From the IMG/VR virus record IMGVR_UViG_3300022561_000032: a stretch of 40,188 nucleotides of DNA; one strand, written 5' to 3'. Positions 9,168-15,617 of the stretch are shown here, piece by piece. The notes beneath the pieces are model-generated. The model worked only from the letters and a program-made list of their open reading frames with translations, did no database searches and was not told the DNA's origin. Origin of the DNA: a virus. Within the stretch, counting starts at the first letter, position 1; each line of letters begins with the position of its first letter. The position numbers were made by a program, and so were the translations under genes.

Positions 9168-9527
9168 ATGAACATTACAAATAGAATTGAAAACATTATT
9201 ATCGCTGTCATAGTTGCTGCTATTTCAATCGCGCTGACGGTTGGGATCATGGAAATGACGAGTATCAAAGTGCTAAAAAAGGAAATTGCCAGGCAGGAAG
9301 TCAGGAACGACAAACAAAATGCAGTGATCTTCGAGCTCGCGAAGATCGAAAAATACAAAATTGAGAACCGCTTTGACAAGCTGAAGGCGAAGGAAGGGCA
9401 GATCGTATTGTCGCTTGACAACAAATTGACGACACTTAAGCTCGACTCGATACGACAACCAGTTACGGAACCAGGCATAGCTGAAGAAGAAAAAAAGGGA
9501 TTCTGGAGGAAGTTAAAATTCTGGTAA
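9168..9527 (+). CDS. Type II membrane coiled-coil protein (spanin- or holin-like lysis accessory)
   Basis: ATG 9168 is preferred because it lies 11 nt after the hydrolase stop, whereas the track's 9132 start overlaps the hydrolase. An N-terminal TM (IIIAVIVAAISIALTVGIM) is followed by a charged helical region. Confidence 0.55.
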   Translation: MNITNRIENIIIAVIVAAISIALTVGIMEMTSIKVLKKEIARQEVRNDKQNAVIFELAKIEKYKIENRFDKLKAKEGQIVLSLDNKLTTLKLDSIRQPVTEPGIAEEEKKGFWRKLKFW

Positions 9528-9567
9528 GAAAATCTGTCCTTTCACCTGTAGGTGAAAAAGAAGAAAT

Positions 9568-9831
9568 TTGATCATTCAATTTATTCATCAATTAAAAATT
9601 TCAACCATAGAGAAAGTAAAAGCAAAATTCAGATGCAATTCTGTAACAGACTTCGGAGGACAAAAACAAGCAGTAATGTCGGCAGTATATAGCCAGACTG
9701 GTGAAAATGCAGATTTCGCAAAAGCAACTCCTTACGGTGAGTTGAAAATCAACATTGATGCTGAACTTCCTGCAAGTGATTTCTTCAAGCCAGGCAAAGA
9801 GTATTTCCTGACATTTGAAAAGGCAGAGTAA
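9568..9831 (+). CDS. Hypothetical small protein (start uncertain)
   Basis: The ORF opens only with TTG, and the first in-frame ATG is codon 37. The TTG lies inside a TTTG promoter-like element. Confidence 0.5.
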   Translation: MIIQFIHQLKISTIEKVKAKFRCNSVTDFGGQKQAVMSAVYSQTGENADFAKATPYGELKINIDAELPASDFFKPGKEYFLTFEKAE

Positions 9832-9896
9832 GATATTGTTCCTACAAGAACAAAACATTCATTTATTTTAATTATTCATTCATTAAATTTATCAAG

Positions 9897-10322
9897 ATGA
9901 AGCTATTTTTATCAATTATGCTTTTCGCGATCTGTTTGTTTTCCATGCCAGGGACGAGCTCGGGCAGCGGATCACCTCCCAGTCAGGTCAGTTTTGTCCA
10001 GGGCCAACCCGTTGACTTTACCGCGATGGTGATCAACCAGGTCGCAAATTACGAGTTCACCGCTTTCGTGAGTAATCAAACCTTTGAAATGGCAGTATTG
10101 CCGAAGGAAGGAGGTTTTGTTGTTGTCCAGGATAGTAATCTTGAATTGCAAGCTACCTACAAAAATGATAAGAATGCAACTTTTAATACTACAGAAAATA
10201 CGATGTTGGATAATGATGATATTCGAACGTACTCTTTAACTGATAAGGTGCCAAGAAAAACAATCACACAAAATATTGAATCGAGATCCCGTTCCACTAT
10301 ACGGGCGGATTCACAGATTTAG
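9897..10322 (+). CDS. Exported hypothetical protein (moron-like)
   Basis: Signal-peptide-like N-terminus MKLFLSIMLFAICLFSMPGTSSG. It is the last + strand gene before int and is followed by a terminator. Confidence 0.65.
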   Translation: MKLFLSIMLFAICLFSMPGTSSGSGSPPSQVSFVQGQPVDFTAMVINQVANYEFTAFVSNQTFEMAVLPKEGGFVVVQDSNLELQATYKNDKNATFNTTENTMLDNDDIRTYSLTDKVPRKTITQNIESRSRSTIRADSQI

Positions 10323-10354
10323 TCCCTTTTTTCAATTTTCATTATATTACTTTG

Positions 10355-10388
10355 CCCCTGGTTCACGAGTTGATCCGGGGGTTTTTTA
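10355..10388 (+). terminator. Intrinsic terminator
   Basis: CCCCTGG ... CCGGGGG stem (one G-T wobble) followed by TTTTTT. Confidence 0.65.
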
Positions 10389-10396
10389 TTGAAATT

Positions 10397-10411
10397 AGGT
10401 TGTAGGTTGTA
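10397..10411 (+). promoter_or_regulatory. GGTTGTA-GGTTGTA dimer in the int-proximal gap (attP-region candidate site)
   Basis: AGGTTGTAGGTTGTA lies 7 nt from the int stop codon. The same 15-mer occurs at 22847-22861. Confidence 0.4.
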
Positions 10412-10417
10412 ACCGAG

Positions 10418-11569
10418 TTAGAGAGCGGGCATTTTAAGCTTTATCTCAAGGTTTTCATATAATCCCATCGACTTTAAATAAGTGTCAGTTTGCTGAATTG
10501 ATCCATGCCGGCACTGAAGCTGGATACGTTTTAGATCAACGCCGGCTTTATAGGCTCTCACTACTCCGGTGTGTTTCCATGCGTAAAGAGTGTGATCATC
10601 TGAAAATTTATGAAGTGTCAGGAATTTACTGTGCCGGTCATTCATCCTGTTTTTCGAAATGCAGGTTTTTTTACCAGGGAAGAGCCAGTCACCTGAGCAT
10701 TTTATTTTGATAAGATCAATGATACTGTCCAGGAGGGAATCTGTAATGGTAACAAATTCACTTTTATTGTTTTTCGAAATGGATGCATCGATATAAATCA
10801 AGCGTTCAGATAGCCTGATATCAGATACTTTTAATTGCCTGATCTCATTTGGTCGGGCAAAAGTATTATACATTATCTGGATGAAGCTCCAGAGTTCGGG
10901 ATCCTTGATTGAAATTTCACCTTTTAAAAGCTCAATTTCAGAATCAGTATAGGCCATATTTCTGAGGCTCCGCTCTTCCTTCTGCTTTTCAAGTTCAGAA
11001 AAAGGATTTTCCTTAATGATTTCACGCTTTTTAAGCAGGCTCCAAAGCCGTTTAATATAGCTGATGTCATTGTTAATCGTTGTTCCTTTTATGCCTTTAC
11101 TCAGCCGCCAATCAGTATACTGATAGGCATCCTTTCGCCTGAATTTATCTACTTTAATTGAATCAAGACCATTCACCCGGGCCCATTCAAGAAATATATT
11201 CATACAAGATGAATATGAATTGTAGGATCCACCTTTTAATCCGGAAATCTTGAGCGCGTATTCCATGCCCTGGCGAACTGTTAGATCAATTGATTTTTCT
11301 TCTATTTTGTCATTGAGGTGGTAACCATCCTTCAACAGATCGTTGATGGATTTTATTCTGGCTTTGGCATAAGCCCGACGAATCCGGAGTGTGTCCGCTT
11401 CATCCTTTCCATTTTCCCTGTCAATGCCATAATCAAATCGCCGGACGGTTTTTTTCTCAAAGTCACTCCATACCCAAAATTGAATGTACCACCGGCTACC
11501 GGTTAGATTTCCGCCACGATCGTTTAATGATGCTGCCTTAAAAGGTAATTTTTCTGTCTGTGTCTTCAT
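10418..11569 (-). CDS. int: Tyrosine recombinase / phage integrase
   Basis: Motifs TFARPNEIRQLKVSDI (Arg-I region) and LYAWKHTGVVRAY...LQCRHGSIQQTDTYL (His/Tyr region). The start was moved to ATG 11569 (MKTQTEK...) because the track's 77-codon upstream extension runs through a terminator hairpin and repeat motifs. Confidence 0.9.
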   Translation of the reverse strand: MKTQTEKLPFKAASLNDRGGNLTGSRWYIQFWVWSDFEKKTVRRFDYGIDRENGKDEADTLRIRRAYAKARIKSINDLLKDGYHLNDKIEEKSIDLTVRQGMEYALKISGLKGGSYNSYSSCMNIFLEWARVNGLDSIKVDKFRRKDAYQYTDWRLSKGIKGTTINNDISYIKRLWSLLKKREIIKENPFSELEKQKEERSLRNMAYTDSEIELLKGEISIKDPELWSFIQIMYNTFARPNEIRQLKVSDIRLSERLIYIDASISKNNKSEFVTITDSLLDSIIDLIKIKCSGDWLFPGKKTCISKNRMNDRHSKFLTLHKFSDDHTLYAWKHTGVVRAYKAGVDLKRIQLQCRHGSIQQTDTYLKSMGLYENLEIKLKMPAL

Positions 11570-11617
11570 TTTTACAAGTTTTAAAATACTTGTTAGAGGC
11601 ACTGAACAGATGACTAA

Positions 11618-11639
11618 GTGTGTCAAAGGTGTGTCAAGG
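11618..11639. repeat. GTGTGTCAAAGGTGTGTCAAGG motif, copy A (between terminator and int start)
   Basis: Near-identical to copy B at 11782-11800, with a one-base indel. Confidence 0.8.
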
Positions 11640-11640
11640 T

Positions 11641-11683
11641 AAAAAACAAGAAACCCAACTAATTGAATAACAATTAATTGGGT
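11641..11683 (-). terminator. Intrinsic terminator of the repressor transcript (- strand)
   Basis: 13-bp stem (ACCCAACTAATTG / CAATTAATTGGGT, one mismatch) with a 5-nt loop. On the - strand it is followed by TTCTTGTTTTTT. Confidence 0.65.
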
Positions 11684-11781
11684 TAGTATAAGGGTGGATG
11701 ATGGGATTTGAATATTTTTAAAAGCGTAGTTTATAAGAGACTGATACCCAATACTAAGTTTTTTAAATCTGAAGTATTTAA

Positions 11782-11800
11782 CTGTGTCAAGGTGTGTCAT
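11782..11800. repeat. CTGTGTCAAGGTGTGTCAT motif, copy B (overlaps the repressor stop codon)
   Basis: Direct repeat of copy A, about 165 bp away. Confidence 0.8.
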
Positions 11801-12188
11801 TTTGATTATCAGTATTATACACGTCTATTTTGTGTTTTAATGATAGTGATTTTAAATAAGAATTTTCCTTCCATAGTCGCCTATTTTCTTCCAGTAAAAA
11901 GTAATATCTTTCCTTGAAGCCTTTCAGTGCCGTAAATTCATCATTTTCTAATGATGAATAAAATTCAACTTTCTCCTCCTTAGTTTCATCTTTTTCGCGT
12001 AGTTCATTAACTGTAACTGAAAGAATTTCAGCCAGCTTTTCAATGTCATCCTCAGTTAGCCTTTTTATTATTCCTTTCTCCAGATCATAGACCCATTGTC
12101 TACCTCCTTTGCCAACTGCCTTTCCAATAAAGGTAGCTGATATTTTTTTTTCTTTCCTTAACCTTTTGACATTCTGACCGATGGACAT
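11787..12188 (-). CDS. XRE-family HTH repressor (CI-like), without an S24 peptidase domain
   Basis: N-terminal HTH pattern IGQNVKRLRKEKKISATFIGKAVG...LAEILSVTVNEL. It is divergent from a second HTH gene and adjacent to int. Confidence 0.8.
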   Translation of the reverse strand: MSIGQNVKRLRKEKKISATFIGKAVGKGGRQWVYDLEKGIIKRLTEDDIEKLAEILSVTVNELREKDETKEEKVEFYSSLENDEFTALKGFKERYYFLLEENRRLWKENSYLKSLSLKHKIDVYNTDNQNDTP

Positions 12189-12249
12189 AGAAACATATTA
12201 AAGCAATAAATAATATTTCAAAACACTAGGTTAATTGAAATAAAATCTA

Positions 12250-12282
12250 TTACATTTGTAAAGAATTACATACAGCATGTAA
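12250..12282. promoter_or_regulatory. Two TTACA..TGTAA inverted repeats (operator candidates)
   Basis: TTACATTTGTAA (12250-12261) and TTACATACAGCATGTAA (12266-12282), in the 122-bp divergent intergenic region. Confidence 0.5.
12251..12258 (+). promoter_or_regulatory. Candidate -7 box TACATTTG for the rightward early operon
   Basis: Perfect TAnnTTTG match 53 nt upstream of ATG 12311. It overlaps the first inverted repeat. Confidence 0.45.
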
Positions 12283-12293
12283 CGATTAATAGA

Positions 12294-12301
12294 CAAATAT
12301 A
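12294..12301 (-). promoter_or_regulatory. Candidate -7 box TATATTTG (- strand) for the repressor gene
   Basis: Perfect TAnnTTTG match on the - strand. It implies a leader of about 100 nt crossing the operator candidates. Confidence 0.3.
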
Positions 12302-12310
12302 TTAAAATCC

Positions 12311-12607
12311 ATGACAAAGTACAGAATCAAAAAGTTGCTTAATGAATTGCCGGCCATTGATCGTGATATTGCCATGCGTAACCTACCGGCATATCTGAAT
12401 GTAAGCCGTCAGACTTTCAGTAAAATACTGAATGTCAAATTAGATGATGCTTACGAACCTGCAGCAGGAACTCTTATTAAACTTGCATTATTTCTAAATT
12501 GTACAACGGAGTATTTGCTTGAAAATGTTCCGGAGGCTATCACTATCGATGAACTTCGGGTCTTACAAACAGAAAAGACGGCGAATGATCTTTCATTATC
12601 TAAATAG
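12311..12607 (+). CDS. XRE-family HTH protein (Cro-like or excisionase-like)
   Basis: HTH pattern LNVSRQTFSKILNVKLD...LIKLALFLNCTTEYLL. It is the first gene of the rightward operon. Confidence 0.75.
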   Translation: MTKYRIKKLLNELPAIDRDIAMRNLPAYLNVSRQTFSKILNVKLDDAYEPAAGTLIKLALFLNCTTEYLLENVPEAITIDELRVLQTEKTANDLSLSK

Positions 12608-12671
12608 AATATTTTGTAATATTTTATAATACAAATATCGAGTCAAAAAGAAATATTAAATACTACCTGTT

Positions 12672-13217
12672 ATGATGAATTTAAAAAATCTTGAGTTTCA
12701 CAGATCAATAGATGGTAAGGACGCCATGTACAGATCGGCTGGTGACAATCAAAGTATTGTACTTGATCAAAAATCGACAGATATTATTATCCCGCTATTG
12801 GCACAAGTAGAAGCGCAATTCCCAAAATGCCACAAACGATTAAAAGATATTTACGGACAGAACAAAGATTTCCGCTTCCTGGCTTCCAGAAGATTCATCA
12901 AATGTAATGGTAATGAATATGACAATGTTCTTGACATTGATAATGAAGGTTTGATTCATCCTGAATTAGTCACCTGCCCGATGCGCGGTGAATGCTTTGA
13001 TGAAGGAATCATTTGTTTGCCTGAACGCAAAACAGGATTAACCGCTCGCGAAAAGGAAATTGCCCAGCTGGTGGCAAAAGGAATGTCGAACGTGGAGATT
13101 GCCAAAATGCTATTTATAGGTATTGACGCAGTGAAATCACATGTTCAAAACTGCCTTCGCAAACTCACCCTATCAAACAGGGCTTCACTTTCAACCTATA
13201 TTTCAAAACTCACTTAA
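12672..13217 (+). CDS. LuxR/GerE-type HTH transcriptional regulator with Cys-rich N-domain
   Basis: C-terminal LTAREKEIAQLVAKGMSNVEIAKMLFIGIDAVKSHVQNCLRKL matches the LuxR_C-like HTH pattern. Confidence 0.7.
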   Translation: MMNLKNLEFHRSIDGKDAMYRSAGDNQSIVLDQKSTDIIIPLLAQVEAQFPKCHKRLKDIYGQNKDFRFLASRRFIKCNGNEYDNVLDIDNEGLIHPELVTCPMRGECFDEGIICLPERKTGLTAREKEIAQLVAKGMSNVEIAKMLFIGIDAVKSHVQNCLRKLTLSNRASLSTYISKLT

Positions 13218-13219
13218 CT

Positions 13220-13274
13220 AACCGGGGCGTCTACGTTCTTTCAAATTACAACCAAAATTAAGGACGCTCCGGTT
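13220..13274 (+). other. 12-bp stem hairpin with 31-nt loop, no U-tract
   Basis: AACCGGGGCGTC / GACGCTCCGGTT (one G-T wobble). The loop contains TTACAACC (13246-13253). Confidence 0.5.
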
Positions 13275-13353
13275 AATAATAATATAGCAGTTTAGACCAC
13301 TGCTTTGCTAATGGTCTGCCGAATTAAAAATTTAATCACCAAAATAAAGCATT

Positions 13354-13632
13354 ATGAAAGCAAAAGTTTATATCAATCAGGCTCTTCGTGCATTAGTTGC
13401 AAAATCTATTGACATTGAAAGAGAAGAATATATCTGTCATCAGGTATTTCAAATAGAGGTTGAAGTTGAGTACAGAATCAAAATACTTGGCATCCGCTTT
13501 AATCCAGAACAGAAAATAATGCCATGGAATTCAACTTTTGCTAATTATTGCTTTGGTAAGGGAAAGATAAGTTTCGAAACATTCAAAAGATGTTGCTACG
13601 CCTTGCTAGAACCAGAGGCTGAAGTAGCCTGA
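13354..13632 (+). CDS. Hypothetical protein
   Basis: 92-aa ORF in the early operon. Confidence 0.6.
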   Translation: MKAKVYINQALRALVAKSIDIEREEYICHQVFQIEVEVEYRIKILGIRFNPEQKIMPWNSTFANYCFGKGKISFETFKRCCYALLEPEAEVA

Positions 13633-13639
13633 TAAACGA

Positions 13640-13937
13640 TATTACCCGCAGGTCTGGGCACTGCTAACCAAAATTGCCCTGCGTTCTCGCAAACCCACGT
13701 CAGTCCCGGTACTTGCAAGCTACCGGGACACTGAACCACCGAAGGGGAATTGACTGAGTACATAATATGATCGAGGGAGGGCATACCACCATGGAACGCT
13801 GTTTGAGCTGTGGCATTTTAAAAAGAGGGACAGTCGAATCGATCAAAATATACTCAGTTAGTAGCAAGTTTCCCGCACAAGCGATAATGACCGGAGATAT
13901 TTATCTCCTGACAGGCTGGAAAGACAGCCACTTTTTT
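13640..13937 (+). ncRNA. Candidate structured non-coding RNA (unclassified)
   Basis: The region has no convincing ORF and is GC-richer than its neighbours. It contains a perfect 9-bp hairpin (13703-13711/13721-13729), nested long-range helices (13749-13760/13851-13862 and 13768-13774/13839-13845), a hairpin at 13893-13908, and a terminator-like hairpin with T6 at 13914-13937. Confidence 0.3.
13914..13937 (+). terminator. Weak intrinsic terminator-like hairpin
   Basis: GGCTG-gaaaga-CAGCC, then acTTTTTT. Confidence 0.4.
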
Positions 13938-14038
13938 CAACTGAATTTATTTTCCTGAACAGATATCCTGGGGTAGATCCTAAAGTGGTGCCCCAGGTTA
14001 ATAAAACAAAACAAACACACCTTAATAAACTTAATGCT

Positions 14039-14260
14039 ATGAATGTACAAATTGATGATTACCTAAGCAACACTCCACTTTTTACCCTTATGAATTTGAC
14101 ACAGTTTGAACTTGAATTGCTGCAGGAGGGATTGATTGAGTTGAAAAACAACCGGATGAAGGATGCTGAAGAATTCAAGGCTGAACGCCATAGCTGCGTT
14201 GAGATGTACCATGCCATCGACCGCGCGATCGTTGAAAGTAAGGAAGCGAAAAAAGTTTAG
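14039..14260 (+). CDS. Hypothetical protein
   Basis: ATG 14039 is preferred over the track's GTG 13985. The upstream extension overlaps a 7-bp hairpin. Confidence 0.6.
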   Translation: MNVQIDDYLSNTPLFTLMNLTQFELELLQEGLIELKNNRMKDAEEFKAERHSCVEMYHAIDRAIVESKEAKKV

Positions 14261-14263
14261 GTC

Positions 14264-14683
14264 ATGGGATCAATCAACAATAAACTCAAAGGAGCTACAA
14301 CAGCACATTGTCTGCAATGTGGAAGTGAATTTAAAAAAACGACTGCTCTTAATGATTTTTGTTCATTAAAATGTAAACGAGCGCGTGCCAACCAACTAAG
14401 ATCACCGAAAGTAAGGGTTCAAAAAGTAAAACCAATCAAGCAAGTGAAGCCACAAAAGACAGTGCTTAACCAGCGTAACCCAAAAAATGAATCAGTGGCT
14501 ATTGCTGCAATGATTGAGCTGAACCGCAATGCTCCAGTGAATGACAGGGAGGTTATTCAGAAAAAGAACATTGTTAGTCCTGATTTATCAAAGATAGAAT
14601 TTAAGATATATGACAAGCAATTTAGGATAATGAGATATTTCACAACAGAAGAAAAATACCGTAATTACTTAAAAAACAATTAA
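14264..14683 (+). CDS. Hypothetical zinc-ribbon/basic protein
   Basis: CLQCG ... CSLKC near the N-terminus, followed by a Lys/Arg-rich region. Confidence 0.65.
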   Translation: MGSINNKLKGATTAHCLQCGSEFKKTTALNDFCSLKCKRARANQLRSPKVRVQKVKPIKQVKPQKTVLNQRNPKNESVAIAAMIELNRNAPVNDREVIQKKNIVSPDLSKIEFKIYDKQFRIMRYFTTEEKYRNYLKNN

Positions 14684-14685
14684 CC

Positions 14686-15102
14686 ATGAAAAAAATTACA
14701 GAAGATTTAATGATCACCGGCATCGACATATCAATTGCCAGGCTGGGAGCAACAGTAAAGTTTAAATACTGTGATGAATATGAGGCTAAGGCTTGGTACC
14801 TGAGACAGTCATCCGGTAATCAATGGCTTGAAAGTGGGGATGAAGTTAATACCAGAACTCACGATGATATTACCGAAGAAGTGGAAAACAACGAAGAAGA
14901 GATTCTCTCCTGGTTAGAAGAGCAGTTTGCAAATGAAACTGATAAGGTAGATCCTGAGAAAGTAAGCTACGATTTCCTTCAGCTACAAAAATTGCAAGGT
15001 TGTGATCTTGCAGCCATTGCCCATGACTATGGTGTAAACACAACTGAAATGGGGAGACAAAATATCATGTATAAAATACTTGAAAAACAAGCAGAAGTAT
15101 AA
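14686..15102 (+). CDS. Hypothetical acidic protein
   Basis: 138-aa ORF tightly packed in the operon. Confidence 0.65.
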   Translation: MKKITEDLMITGIDISIARLGATVKFKYCDEYEAKAWYLRQSSGNQWLESGDEVNTRTHDDITEEVENNEEEILSWLEEQFANETDKVDPEKVSYDFLQLQKLQGCDLAAIAHDYGVNTTEMGRQNIMYKILEKQAEV

Positions 15103-15105
15103 GCC

Positions 15106-15474
15106 ATGAACACAACCAACCCCAACCAACTGATTATTGCTGTAGATTTTGATGGAACAATCGTGGAGCAGTGCTTCCCTGGAATCGGGATCCCGAAAGA
15201 TTGGGCATTTGAAACCCTGATAATGTGGAAGGATTTTGGACACAAGCTGATATTGTGGACTTGCAGGGAAGACAACCAGGAAGGCAAACACCTTACTGAA
15301 GCTGTTGAATTCTGCAAAGAGCATGGTCTTGTGTTCGATGCTGTGAATAAAAATGTTGACGGTTCGCCTTATGCACACCTGGGTGCTGGGCGCAAAGTAT
15401 ATGCTGACATTTACATTGATGATAAATCAATGGTTCCCTGTTGGGAATATCGTACAGGAGGGCCGTTGATATGA
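15106..15474 (+). CDS. HAD-superfamily phosphatase-like protein
   Basis: Motif I IIAVDFDGTIV (DxDGT) and a distal YIDDK acidic motif. Confidence 0.6.
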   Translation: MNTTNPNQLIIAVDFDGTIVEQCFPGIGIPKDWAFETLIMWKDFGHKLILWTCREDNQEGKHLTEAVEFCKEHGLVFDAVNKNVDGSPYAHLGAGRKVYADIYIDDKSMVPCWEYRTGGPLI

Positions 15475-15617
15475 AACTCTGTAATCACGAGGTCTGGCAC
15501 ACCTGCGATAAATGCGGGGAAATATACGACCGTAGGAAACATGGAAATAACTGTCCTAAATGCGGAAATGCAATATCAAATTTTCAAAATAATACAATTT
15601 TAAAATACCAAAAATGA
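15471..15617 (+). CDS. 48-aa zinc-ribbon protein (below the ORF-track cut-off)
   Basis: Hand translation MKLCNHEVWHTCDKCGEIYDRRKHGNNCPKCGNAISNFQNNTILKYQK, with ATGA overlaps at both ends. Confidence 0.6.
   Translation: MKLCNHEVWHTCDKCGEIYDRRKHGNNCPKCGNAISNFQNNTILKYQK

Noticed and set aside
8984-9478. 164-aa - strand ORF across the hydrolase/spanin-like genes, and similar - strand ORFs at 28958..29422, 38209..38580, 39185..39367 and 39475..39687
   Set aside because: All lie antisense within long + strand genes (endolysin, terL, tape measure). The whole genome apart from int and the repressor is transcribed rightward, so these are shadow ORFs.
11570-11800. 77-codon N-terminal extension of the integrase ORF (track version 10418..11800, 460 aa)
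   Set aside because: The extension is hydrophobic nonsense-like sequence. It runs through a 13-bp terminator hairpin and the repeat motifs and overlaps the repressor gene end. ATG 11569 (MKTQTEKLPF...) gives a normal-length integrase.
13596-13958. Track ORFs 13596..13784 (-) and 13767..13958 (+) as genes
   Set aside because: Both are short, overlap each other and the preceding gene, have odd composition, and run through the hairpins and a terminator-like element. The region was treated as non-coding and possibly structured RNA.
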